DNA of 64,000 bases from Paramecium tetraurelia. Taxonomy: Eukaryota. Positions 10,472-23,579 of the stretch are shown in pieces. The DNA lies in the NCBI GenBank assembly GCA_000165425.1, contig CT867989.1, forward strand, positions 62,001-126,000, in the 5' to 3' direction. Within the stretch, counting starts at the first letter, position 1, and the number at the start of each line of letters is the position of its first letter. The notes beneath the pieces were generated by a model, which was given only the letters and a program-made list of their open reading frames with translations, was not told where the DNA came from and did not search any database. The translations under genes and the position numbers were made by a program.

Positions 10472-13400
10472 ATGACGACTTGGAATGAAGTATCTTGTGA
10501 ATATAATTATGCAATTATATATAAATTAATTAAAAATCTTATGTTCTAATTGTATGAGAATGCTGAGAATTCAACCTACTCTTTTGAGTTCAAGTTGGAT
10601 CTAACTTTGTTGAATGTGTTGCGAGCATTCACACACAAAGATCATGAATTTTAGGAGGGTATAGATTAATAAGAATTAAGGATATTTGGAGTCAATTTAT
10701 GCACTATTATACTACTATCAGGGGAGACCAGAGAGTGAATTGTTTTCAGAATACTGCGCTTAGAAGGGAAATCACACAATAGAGTCTTTAATATTTTAGG
10801 GTATTGTGTGTGAAAATATATAAAGTACATTATTATATTGGGTCTCTGGCAAATTTAAATTAACTCGTGGGAGTGCTGAAGGTAGATGAGAACAAAGCTA
10901 TACCATTATCAAGAAGCGATATTAATAAGAAAAATATCCTGTCTGTGCATTCAATCAGCGATAGAGTGGGTTCAATAAATAGTATAGTGTTGGTGAGCAA
11001 GTCTTAGACTGTGAAACCAGAGTATCTCGATTTAAGAGTGAAGATCTGTACCTATGAGAATAAAGAGGAAGGCGTATTTTCAATTGATTACAATGTGCTC
11101 TCATTGGCAATACAAGCCAAGGGTAAGTTGGATCCATTGGTAGGGAGTCATTTGGCAAATAAATTGAATAAGATGTTCAAGATCAATCTGATTTAAAGTG
11201 GAGTGATTCCTAGATTACCAATTGCTATTGCATCCATATTTGAAGAAAATTTGAAGAAGAATGGTACTATGGTTAAGATGGAGAGAAAGAATGTTAATGC
11301 AATAAAAAAGTGGATTGAATACACAGCCAAATAATATCCAGCAGGCAGTATCATAGTTTAGAGTACAACATATAATTCATGGCCTTATCCTGCTTTAATT
11401 TATAAGCGAGGTACAGGTAGCAACTGTAGATTTGTTCTTTACTTTGTAAGATATTCCTATGACTTTTATGGGAGAGGAAGAAGGATTCGCATTTCGAGAA
11501 AAAACAACTTTCAATTATGTGACAAAATATGAGAGTTCAGAAATCAAATTGTAAGATCCAACTTAATAAAAGACACCATAGAGATCACTCAAGAGAGCAA
11601 AATCTTATATTCAAGTAAATGAGGATTACGGATTTGGATACAATACATTAACACATCAAGTTTAATTATAGATTGCATAATCACCTACCAAATCCAGTAA
11701 GAGTGGCTAACCTGTAAGAGTACAAAGAGGTTCTATTTTGTCATAGATGGATATCTCTAATATTGCAACAGCTCGGGAGAATTTTAGAAGAGAAGTAGGA
11801 CCATAATTTGGATTCGATTTATAACAGATTGGAAAACATTATGTTTACATTAGACAAATAAGGAAACAACATAAAGTGTTAAGAAATGGATAGATCGTAT
11901 CATTGTCAGCTGAACATATGTATGGATGGCACACACATGTATTGGCATTTGGTAGATATTCTAAAGAGGAAATGGCATTTGGTTGCAATCAATTTTAATG
12001 ATGGTGAAATTGATATGTTCATGAATCTTAGAAATTTATGATATTATTTTCCAAATTCATAAAGAGACTACAACTGGTGGATTGGGTGTTATGGTAGATG
12101 AATTAACATAGGAATTAGCTAAAATGAGTGAAGAAGTCATCTTGATCACTCAATATTATCATAGAAATAAGAAAGGGGAAACTGGGTATATACTTAGTGA
12201 TGGATTCAAACACATCAGATACATAGAAATTTGGATGTAGGGTGAAAAGATAATTTTGGGAGTATTTGAAAGAGTATTCAATGGAGTAAGATTGTTTTGG
12301 TTGCACAATGAACTATACTTCCCATCTGCATATGCTGGTGAAGATGCCTGTTAGGTTATGAAGTAATTAACAGTTTATGCTAAAGGATGTTTAGAATTAT
12401 TATGTTAAATCAAACTATTTCCATCATTAATTGGAACAAACGATTGGGTCTGTGGTTTAATCCCAGGATATTTTAGAGTAAGGAGATATGGAGAAGCCTT
12501 CGCTGGTACAAAATCATTTCACATTGTTCACAATTTAGATCCCTTGTATGAAGGAAGGCTATATCCTAAGCCTAATGAAGGAACATTAGATTACATCCAT
12601 GATCTTCCTAATGATTTCTTAATCGACCCCTTTTGGCAGAATTTAGTTATCAATCCATCGAGATGTCCTTTGATCACTTGCGATAATTGGGGAACAGTCT
12701 CTTAATCTTATAAATATGAGTTGCTAGAATCTTCCCCATTAGCAAGTGTGTTGAGGAGACATCCTCTGCCTTTTGCTTTTCCTAATGGGATAAGGAGAGA
12801 ATAAAGATTTAAGGTAATAATGGATAAAATTAGTAATGATCACTTGAAGGCCAAGGAACAATTGCAGAAGAAATATTTTGGTTGTTCCTAACTCGAAAAT
12901 CACATTGTTGTCCTGAGCTTTGTTGGTAGAGTGACCAAATAAAAGGGAGTGCATCTCATATTGGAAGTGGCTGAAGAACTCATCTAAAGAAGTCAAGGTA
13001 CTGTGTAGATATTGGTTGGTGGACCAGCAGCTGATATGAAAGAGGAGTACAGTGAGTATTGTGCTTAGAATATGATAAGATTGAAATCCATATATCCTCG
13101 AAACTTCTGGGCAGATCCATCAGCCTTCTTTATGGATGGTACATTAGTGAATGTGGGTTGTGACTTTGGATTAATGCCATCATTATTCGAACCTGGAGGT
13201 ATAGTGCAACACGAGTTTTTCATAGGAAGTACTCCAGTCATTGCTTTAAGACTGGCGGGTTGAGGGACAATGTTCATGAATATGATTAGAAACAATAGAA
13301 AGGATCTGGATTCATCTTTGATTAATACAAGAGAGGGAACTTCCTCTATGCCATAGACAGAGCTCTCTAGTTATATAAGAATCAAGAGTAGTATACTCAG

Positions 13401-13972
13401 CTTAGGAAAATGCTTTTGATGCAGCTATTGATGTAGCTGATGTGAGCAGAGCTTGGGCTTAGGAATATTATAGGTTATTCGATAAGAACTTTATAGATAA
13501 GGAATTAGTTTAACAGATGGTAGGTTAAATTCAACAAGATTACAAGAAGTTGAAAGAGCAGGAGCTTTTTACAAAGGAGGAGGGAAGAGTAAGAAATATA
13601 ATATGAATTTATAGGTATTTTCTAATTCGGATAAGACGCTTAAGAATTTCGAAAGGATTCTGGCTCATGCAAAGAGATCCAATTTGAGATTGCATAAATT
13701 TGTGTATCGATCCACTAGATTATTGCAACCAAGGTAGGTAGCAGTTTCTGGTTCATTTGATGAGAGGAAGGAGAAACACAAGCTGAAGTTCAACCATTTC
13801 TCGAAAGTTTGGAATTTTACTCTTAAATTACTTCCTGGGGAATATTAGTATGAGAATTGATTATATGCTTAGTTACAAATTCTATGTGGATGGAGAATGG
13901 ATATGCACGGATGATGATCTAAAGGATAATGACATTTATGGAAATATAAATAATTTTGTTATTATCTAATGA
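10472..13972 (+). pseudogene. Decayed multidomain glycogen/starch synthase (GH13-like remnant + GT5 + C-terminal CBM48-like)
   Basis: TGGLGVMVDEL, NDW, FVGRVTKQKG, LMPSLFEPGGIVQHE and PGEY..KFYVDGEW motifs. Frameshifts near 11418, 11979, 13246 and 13409, an in-frame TGA at 12039-12041, and apparent internal deletions. Confidence 0.85.
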
Positions 13973-14030
13973 GGGATGTGAAGAATAGATAATTATAATT
14001 ATAGATATGAATTATGTATTTATATTTGAT

Positions 14031-15202
14031 TCAGTTTCCAATCTATTTAGAGTTTATTTCAATGTTTAAATCACTGATCAAGTTCTGTTCATCTTCCAAA
14101 ACCAGCAAATCTCCGTCATTGTCAATCATCCCGAATTACTTGGGCTTTCTAAATTGCTATGGAGGGGTATCCATAATGTCTTCGGAAGCTGATTCTCTGA
14201 TTTGTCTCCTGGGAGGTATGATGTTTGAAATGTCGTCTGTTTCTTCCACTTTCAAATCTTCAAATGGTTACACATCCTCCACTTATGCAGACTCTTGAGA
14301 TTAGTGTTTGTCTGTACTCACTTTATCTGATTATTCTTTTAAAAACTACATGAGTCTATTATTATTATTAGATTCTCGCACCTACTCTTGTGCTCCATTT
14401 GAAAATTCTATACAACTATCAAAAACATCCAATCTTTCTGTGCTGCATTTCGTTGAACACATCCTACTGGATCTTCTCATTAAATTTGTTTCTTGTTATC
14501 AATATGGAAAATTTACTCTCTCTTTTTTATCTTCTTTGTAAAAAGTTGTCATCCTGTCTTTTCAAGTCCTCCTCAATAACCTTCTAATTTTAATCAGAAG
14601 TCTATTGATATCCTGTTATCAAATGTTCTAAATTATTTTAACTGTAATCAATCTAATCTTAGATCTCCATTGCAATCTTCGCCTTAGTTTGTCGTTCCCT
14701 CTTCTTCTACTCCACACCAACTACTTACTTTCTATTATTATGGGATACTTACCTTGGCCTTTGCACTCTCTTAACTATTCTCAATACTTCTTGCTTCTTA
14801 AACAATCAAACTTTGAGTGTGGGAAGGCGCAAATGTACCCTGATCCTGATTTATTTTACGAATGGTCTTCAAAGCTCGTTAACATGCGAACAAAGATTGC
14901 AATTTCTCATTAAAATAATATCCCACCGGGTCCTACATTTAGCTGTTATTCCTTACTTGAATGCTGTCGTAATGCTCTATTAAAACAGCATATAAATCAA
15001 CTAATTTTTGAATCACATCATATTTGTCTGAGCCCTATGAGTATCGATCTTCGAAGACAAGTAATTCTTAGAACAGATCATCTATTTAATATGGAATCGA
15101 GATGTACTCGTAATTGGCATTCTTGTTGTTTTAATTAAAATTAATTATTTATACTGTCAAATACAATTACTCCTACTCTTAACCTAACATTTGACTCATC
15201 AT
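14031..15202 (-). CDS. Hypothetical coiled-coil protein (start uncertain)
   Basis: ...VIQKLVDLYAVLIEHYDSIQ/DPVGYYFNEKLQSLF... open to ...EINSKQIGN-TGA; intron at about 14933-14956. Confidence 0.6.
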
Positions 15203-15245
15203 TATAGTTGAAAAAGTTATTCCCCAACCTTCAACAACCCATTTC

Positions 15246-15864
15246 TCACTTAAGTACATTAATTAGGCAACTGGATCCTTTATAACACCTTTCCTTCCTC
15301 CTATTCAACCAACTCATCAAGACTCAATAATGAGTTCTCCTTCGATATCTCAATTAGATCCTTAGTCGCCTTTACAAAATAATCGTTCACAAAACCACAA
15401 TCTTGATTCTTACATTTTGTCAAATTTTGCATTGCCGACAGCAATCCACAATTATACAACGAAACATACACTTCCGAATACTTAAAGTACCCCGATTTAA
15501 TTCTGGCCTTATGCTACTGCATTCTCCTATCTTTCAGATCATTCAATTGATAACAAAATCGCTGCATCTCAGTCTTGTACATCAACTTCACCACAACTTC
15601 TTTACTCGTTATAATCATCCGGTAAATTTGAACTGCATTCTAGAACTGCTCAACCAAATAATAAGTGTTCTCCCTGTATTTCGATATTCCAGTTATCTAA
15701 TCTAATCTGATCTAGTAATCGATTTCCCACTTTTATCCTGATTTTATGTTCACCAAAATCACCTTCTGCTATTCGTCGAGAATGTAATTCGTATCAAGCA
15801 AAACTGTTTGTTTCGATATTGGGATAGGAATTTGAATTAATTTAAAAATTTCCTATTCCATCAT
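15246..15864 (-). CDS. Hypothetical protein
   Basis: MMEQEIFKLIQIPIPISKQ... about 200 codons without TGA under code 6; 3' end uncertain. Confidence 0.5.
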
Positions 15865-16033
15865 AAAATTTATATTACTATTGTCAAAATCAATTCTAAT
15901 TGTTTTAACATCAACTTGTTAATCATTCCTTATTTTATGCATCCTCCTTTTAGTAACCACTATAAAGATTTGATCTAAGAATCAATAATAATTATTTTTT
16001 TCAAATAAATAGAATATATTTATTAATTATATA

Positions 16034-17512
16034 TCATTTATCATTTTATTTCAATTCTCTTTTTGCTGCTGCCGTGTATAGCAATGCCTTCAAGAAATTA
16101 TTTTACAAATTTATCACTTTCGACCCCTGGTAGAGTATTTCTTAACTCTCCTCAGATAACTCGTAATTTACTGGGACACCAAAAATACTAGGATTCGTTT
16201 TTGGATTCCCATCAAAAAATTCATAAGAAGTATCATCAAGTGAATTGCTGATCTCAAACTACTCATTTAAAGTTTATTCATTCAATTCCTCATTTTAATT
16301 AATTTATTATAAGATTAGATTTAATTATTCTTATGATTAATCTTGTTATTATGCTTATTCTTATTATGATTATTTAGACAACTCTTATTATTATCCTGAT
16401 GATTCTTTTTATTATTCTAACAATTGTTATTATTATTCTGATGATTCTTTTTATTATTATTCTGATGATTCTTTTTATTCTTATTATTAATTTAAATCTT
16501 AAGTAATCTCTATCTAAGTTTTCTCTGCTGCTTATTCTTAATCTTATTATTACTTTATAAAGGCCTATTAATCTGAGTTTTGTAAATCTTAATTTTCATT
16601 TTAAGTTATATCTTACATACTATTACTTGCATCAGTTTTCTTAGCATCAGTATTAATTACTTTATCACTTTGATATTGTTCTTCATTTTTATCAATAAAC
16701 TTTCTTAAACACTTCTCAAAATTTGTCACAAATTCATCTGTTAAAAAGTAAAACTCATAATGAATTTATGAATGTTTATTTTCTTCTGCTTTCAGATATA
16801 CTTTTGATTCAGGGATAGATTTCAACAATTTTTTATGGAAAAATATTCTATCAACTAAATTATTTGCTGGAGTATATAATCGTTATGCAAATAAAGGTCT
16901 GAATTCTATTTTTCCTTAATATTATTGTTTTAATTTTATAACATATTTTTCAATAGACTTATTAGTTTTCCCTAATTTTATCAATTTCTTCTCTTCTCCA
17001 TTCCAAATTATTTTTGCTGTCGTTTCAACCACATAAAGTAACTACCACTTTTCATCTCGATATTTATAATTGTCAGAAACCGATTAATCAATATCTCTAA
17101 TCTTATTCATTAATAATCGATCATTTTCTTTGATGACCTTCTCATCAGAAAATTCAGGGTTGTTTGACAGCTTAAATAGATACACTAATCGTAAATTCAG
17201 ATCCTCTTCAATAGTCTCGAAATCATCAATTAGTTAATTAATCACATCATCCGAAGCTCCCTTTATTGGATTCTTCTAAGCCTGATTCAATATCTAAATA
17301 AAAATTGCAGTTGTTATGTAACCACTCTCCTAATATTCAATTCCAAAGTGTTTAAACGGAGTTTCCAATCTTAAATAGGATTACGAAAAATTAAGAAAAT
17401 TGACTTGCTTAGACATTAGTTCGAATTACACTAAGCAGTCTACCTTATCTAATTTGTAGGTAATATAAATTGCCTACTTACTCTATTTTTCTTGAATCGA
17501 ATGAATGCTCAT
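16034..17512 (-). CDS. Intronless protein with T5orf172/GIY-YIG-like domain and Q/E-rich tail
   Basis: 492 sense codons without TGA; LYVVETT...LIKLGKTNKSIEKY...VDRIFFHKKL...HYEFYFL followed by a low-complexity region. Confidence 0.7.
16386..16480. repeat. Imperfect coding tandem repeat (~21-nt unit, QQKESSE)
   Basis: ttattattctgatgattcttt-like unit occurs three times, inside the 16034-17512 gene. Confidence 0.75.
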
Positions 17513-18063
17513 TTAATTATTTATTTGATTATATATTTATCATTTAAATTTTAGTACTAACTTTTTATTTTATAGAATACAAATTTATCATAATTCAATT
17601 ATCTAGATTTGAGATTTAAATATATTTTGTATATGATGGGTCCAATTAGGTTTAATCAGTATAGATCAAAAATTTCAAAGTTGTTTTATAATTTTATTAA
17701 TTCTCTTAAAAAAATGATTCTGTTGAGATAATATTATATGGGCCAAGAATATTCAAAATGATTTAGTTTACAATACATTCTATTTCAAATGAATCCTAAG
17801 AATTTGGATTAATTTATTAATAAAATTAAGACTCCATGTTATCAATTTGGTTTTTGTGCTCAAAAATATAAGAAAATGATATAAGGTTTAAGTCTGGAAT
17901 AAAATTTAATTTTTTTTCTACTTTTTAATTTATTTTCAATTAGATGACACTATGAGTTTCAGATATTTTTATAATCTTATTAAAACAATTAATTAATAGT
18001 TGAGTTAATAATCGAGCATTTAAATATAGTTTTTATTATTCGACACCACCTGGGCAATCTAAT

Positions 18064-19422
18064 TCAAACTTTTTTGAATGCAATTAACAATAATGAATAA
18101 AGTAATTTGACAACGCCCTATTCAATTTATCAATTGTCAATTATTCAATTTACTATTTTAAAAAAGACATCTTTCCTTTTTACAAATATATTAGATGATT
18201 CTTTATGAAATTTAATGAAAATTGAATATTGCAATATTATTTTCTCAATGTTTCATTATCAATGTCTAAACTCTTATCAAGTTCATTTAATTTTAGATAA
18301 TTATCTTCTAATGCTTTTCCAATTAATATAAGTGCTTCTTGAAATTTTAACTTTAAGGCTTTTATGTTACTTTCATATTTTTATATCTGCAGCCTGACTT
18401 GGTTTTTACGTATAATTAATATTAAAATAGACCTTTGATACTGAACTCTTGCAATTTCAATATTCAGTATCCCTTCATCCCCAATAGCTTATATGCATAT
18501 ATTATTTTGATCCTATCCTAATTTTTCGTTATTAATTAAATCATATAAATATTCTTCTAAATTTAATTGCTTATGAAACTGTTTATTCTAACCTATGCTA
18601 TTGGAATTATCACACATATTTGTTCCAATCGTATAAGTTCTCAAAAACTCTTTAAATTAGTTCCCATTATGTTCCTTTTAAAATGATGATTCATAAGCTT
18701 TATTTACAAACTCAAGTTCAAAACTATTTATTTTCTTGTTGAAACTTACTGCAAATAATGGATCTTAAACAAATTCATAAATGATTGATCTAATAGTGAT
18801 AAATTATTATACTATTAAGACTTGATTGTAATTTATTATGAGAATTCTTATCTTAATGTATATATTCAAATAAATGTGTCATTATTCCTTATATAAAGGT
18901 CATCAATATGCTAAATACTATATATGGTAGTTAATCGACCGAAAATTCAACAAATAGCCCCAAACTTATGCAAGCACTTGAGAATATGAATAAAGGTTTA
19001 TGTTTAAAATCGCAGTATTAGATGAGCGTCTAAAATAAGAGAGAACATGAATATCCGTAATTATATAGGGGTCTAAATTACATTATTATTTACATATTAT
19101 CTTTGACATAAGTGATTAAAGCTCCACCAGCTACATATGAAACAAACATTAAAGTTAATATATTCTTCAAATAGGGTTATAGTTATTTGCTAAAAAAGAG
19201 CAAGATTATCTAAGCAATCATGAGAATAGCAATAAGGATAACGATATAGATTTAGGCATCTTAAATAATGAATACCAGCATAGAAATAAATAACACAAAA
19301 AAGCCAAGTGCAAGTGAGGATCTGAAGAAATAGAGCCTTTAAACATTAAATTTTTCTTAATATTGAGATTCATGAGAAGGGTCATAAAAGCTTAAAGTCC
19401 ATTTTCTGAATAAATTAAACAT
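18064..19422 (-). CDS. Multi-pass membrane sensor-like protein (histidine-kinase-like family, apparently truncated)
   Basis: MFNLFRKWTLSFYDPSHESQYQEKF, several hydrophobic helices, a PAS-like segment (ELEFVNKAYE) and a helical region; no catalytic motifs recognised. Confidence 0.55.
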
Positions 19423-20250
19423 CTTAAAATAAATAACAAGAATCATGAAATTATTATATTTGAATTCATTTTAATAAAATTTAGAATATATGGGTTATAA
19501 TAAAATTATACTTTATCTATTTAAAAAGATGTATAAATTATAATAGATGATAATGAAATCTCTATATAAATTTATTATTTCAATAAATTCACACATTTAT
19601 TTGTATGCATTTAATTATTCCAATTGTAGCGAAATATTATCAACTTTAATAAGGATTGGAAGGTTGTGTCTGAAAATATTCAAGTTATACTAGAAAATTT
19701 TATATTTGAAATTTTATTCACAAATCAAAATCACTAATCAGTATGTATTAATGAGGTAATCATTAGTCCTATGTTAGAAAGAAGAGATCTTGGTCTTACT
19801 TGAGTTTCAAATCTAAATGGTTTTGGTTTGGAAAATACTATTAAATAAATCAAGTTATTAAAGCTATTGATAATTAGGGGATGAGACTATGATTGGATGA
19901 ATTTATAGCAATGTATTAATTATTTCAAAATGAAATAATTATCAAAGTAAAAATTTGACTTTTATTTTATTATTATGATTTGAAGATTTTGGAAATGTAT
20001 AGTAAAAGTTCTGTTGAACGATTAAGTAAATAATTTAACTTCTTATTTTATGGTTTAATTATTTTGTGAATTTGGAAATAAAATGCTGGAAGTTGTTTTT
20101 AAAAATAATAATTAAAAAATTATAATTAATCTCTAAAATTAATCCAAATTATTATTAAATTAGAATTTAGAAAATCTTCATTTATTGTACTTTCTTATAT
20201 AATGCATAATTTATTGATGAATTTTGGCATGTTCTATGATTTAATTAATT

Positions 20251-22176
20251 TCAAAAATTAAATAAAACTTATATAATCATGAAATGTAACAATATTTCAA
20301 AGGAGGGATTTTTAATTGATTCTACAATCGTTTGATAATCAAATGTTTTTTAAATAGGGGATCTTTCAATTACGTAGGGTCCAAAATAGGCATCAAAACT
20401 TGCTTCTGCATAATAGTCATATAATTTATGTATCCTGCATAAATTAATAGTAGAATTGGATTTGCATCTTAATTGAGTCGGCCTTTGAATTTGACTAAGC
20501 AAAAAGTTTGTCACAATGGTGATGTTAGTATTGATGTTTAAAATAAGGTTGGTATTGATTGAAAAGACCTAACAGTTCATGTATTATGAATAAATGTTCT
20601 ATCCAATAAAATAGCTAAGTTAAGGTGAGTAAAGTGTCATTTAGGCAAAGATAAAGCTGGAGCTCAAAAATATACATTTTGATGAATAGTCAACAAATGT
20701 ATTTGAGGTGTACTCCAATTAGAATGTGTTATTTTCAATTTTTTTTAATTAATTAATGGTTGATATATAAAAGATAAAATTAGTGTATGAAATTATTCCA
20801 GTCATTTCGAATAAATTTTTGATATTTGAAACAGATTTGAATATATCTATGGTTATATTAGTCTTATTGTTAATAATGGATTTAATGGCTAGAGTATCAT
20901 AAATTAAAAGCAATTGCTGGCTAAAATAGAAAGATTTAGAGTTGACTAAATCAAACAGCATTTAGTCGTATCCTTATGTTTCTTTGACCAATAAGTAGAG
21001 AATTCTTTGAAAAGTGGAGCTATGGTTATTGAGATAATATTACTTATCCAATGTTTGAGTTTGAAAATTGTCGATTAGGATTTGAAAATAGGATTGAGTC
21101 TAATTATAATAAGCTTCATCTATATAAGTTTAGCATTGATCTCCCGTATAATTATCTTTGCAAAGACAATACTATAAAGGTTGGTAGGATGATTGCACTT
21201 GTCCATTATTATTGCATTCTGAGTTTTAGAGGAAGTGCACATAATCGTATTGGGGGAGGAGTACTTTTAATTCTCCAGTGGACCATTCTAAGCAAGAATA
21301 TCTCTATGTCCAATTCGTTAGATTATTATCAGATAGAACAGTGATATTGCAATCAATCGTAGATTAGTAGGCCCATTGTTGTCCAATCTGATGAAACCAA
21401 TCAGTTTAGTAATATTGAATGGCATCTGAATCAATAACAATGATTGTTATAATGTATAATTTATCAGTCCAAGTTGGAGTTAATGAAATGTTTATAAAGG
21501 AGGTTTTCTATTCAGAGATTGTCGACAAAATAGGACCAAATCTCGTGGGATCTTTGATGAAGATCTTCCAGTCATAGGTGGCAGCTGTAGATAGAATAAT
21601 TTAGGTTTGCTCTGGATTCACTAATTTTTATAAGGAAATAATTTGTTTAGGAATTAGATCTCCTTTTAAAAGCATAATTCGAATTTATAACAGTTGAGAG
21701 AATATCTAAATTTTATTTTTAGTCGCTATAACTCTAATGAAATAATCTGAATTGATCTAGAGTCTAGTCTAATTAATTTGAAATGTCGCTCCATTCATTA
21801 CAAGTTTATTGCTATCATTTTAAATAGGCAGATCTATTAAATTATAGAATCTGCGAGGTTCTTAAAGAGTAAAATTAAACTCTTGTCGTTCTGCCAGCAA
21901 AATTTAATTACCCAATCTAACAGCCCAATCAGTATAAGCTCGCTTTTGGTATTGTTAAGTTAGACAGCCATTGACAGTCATGGCAGGATCTGAGTTGATG
22001 TACAATAATTCCCATTAGATATCCATTTCTTCCTCTAATACATCCTCAACGACAATGATTAAATCCTTCTTGCTTTCGTGATTGACACAAAACTCATTAA
22101 TCACTTATCTAGTGGAATTCAAGATAATCAGATAGCAATCAAAGTGAAAGAGAAATAAAAGTAAGTACAAATTCAT
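20251..22176 (-). CDS. Secreted/surface protein with EGF-like domain and GPS-like motif
   Basis: Intronless, 641 aa; signal-like MNLYLLLFLFHFDC; ECNNNGQ...YCLCKDNYTGDQC; many N-x-S/T sites; hydrophobic C-terminus ILLHFMIIQVLFNF. Confidence 0.75.
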
Positions 22177-22313
22177 TTATATTAATAATTACATGAATTA
22201 CACATCCATTGATTATAATTTAATACAACAATAAGACAATGATGTAAACTTCATTTGAACTTGATAAATAGATAGATCTGATATACATTTTTTGATCACA
22301 AAAAAAGTTAAAC

Positions 22314-23229
22314 TCATGATTGATGTAATGTTTATTAGGGTTAAAGTTATGATTGCTGTTATTCCGGGCCCTAATTTAAAAATAACATCTCATTAAAGGC
22401 AAGGAGAAAGTCTTTCAAATCTTCTTGTTTTAAAATAGTTGTCTTTTCTGGCTATTTAGAATTGGTATTATTCATTTTATTGACATCAAATTCCCGCAAT
22501 TCATTTTCAACATGTTCCAACCACACTTTGTATGCTTCTTCTTCATTCGTGATCTGTGCCATATTCAACTAAGGAGGCGGTGACATGTATGGTATGTATG
22601 AAAATTAGGAGGATGCTACTAAAAATGTACCCACCAAAATCACCCACGAGTGAAACACTAAGGGTGCATATGTTCGATAGGAATCCAAGATCAAAATTTT
22701 GAGAGTGTGGAAGGTGGCTTCTTCAAATTTCTTAGGGACACATTTCTTGCATATTACTTCAATGTAATCATTGGGTAATTTAATATCGAATTCATATTCA
22801 ATTACCTTCAGGATTCTGCTTTCAGCTATGCAGAGTTTGTTTTACAATGATTACATTAAAGCCTCGTTTGCCATTCTTGTTTGTTCAATTGATTGCATGA
22901 TCCTGTGAAAGCTGATTAATAATTTTCTCATTCTTGGATCACCGTCTTTGATTTTTTAAGCCAATAGGAGAGATGCAGCTGCAACAATCTAAGTTAAATA
23001 TGGTATTGTTTACAAATCTGTCATATTGTAGATAACATTTGTGATGAAAGAAATAATTACATAAATGAATTGCTAAAGACACTGTTGAATAGGAGTTCAG
23101 TTCCAAATTGATGGCCAGATCAATAACGAATTAGGCATTTCCATTTAGTAATTTTCTTTAGACTTAAGCAGAGATTTCATATTCTGTGTTTATGTTTTGA
23201 AAAATGTCTTTCTTCTTAATTAATTTCAT
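22314..23229 (-). CDS. Transcription-type cyclin (T/K/L family)
   Basis: TVSLAIHLCNYFF...YDRFIVAAASLLLAQKIKD...AESRILKVIEYEFDIKLP cyclin box; one intron. Confidence 0.85.
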
Positions 23230-23264
23230 AATATAATTTTTATATTTATTAAAATCATATATTT

Positions 23265-23579
23265 TCAAGAATGTTGGATCGATAAGGAAGTCCTTTTTTG
23301 ATTCGATCGAGTACTTAAAGGACCGGGACTTTTTTCAGCCAATTTAAATGTACTCTTTTCAATTACAATTTTCTTCGGTTTACTTATCCTCAATGTTCGT
23401 GTGGATTTTATTGATTGATTTTCTTCAGATGGTTCTGATTCCTATTTTAGTACAGTATCCTGTGGGGAATCTACTATCATTAACAAGTGTTCATGCACTT
23501 ATTATTCATTAAATTATTTCAAATTTGTTAATAAGGGACTCATACGATCATCAGTTGATATGAGCATATCTACAGTCAT
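23265..23579 (-). CDS. Hypothetical protein (may extend upstream)
   Basis: MTVDMLISTDDRMSPLL...KRTSLSIQHS-TGA; the frame stays open upstream of this ATG. Confidence 0.4.

Noticed and set aside
12039..12041. In-frame TGA in the glycogen synthase region as a possible Sec codon
   Set aside because: Not in a redox motif, no SECIS-like hairpin seen downstream, and surrounded by frameshifts; best read as a nonsense mutation.
13240..13415. Frameshifts as Euplotes-style programmed ribosomal frameshifting
   Set aside because: The sites are not AAA-stop motifs, shifts occur in both directions, and TAA/TAG are sense codons here.
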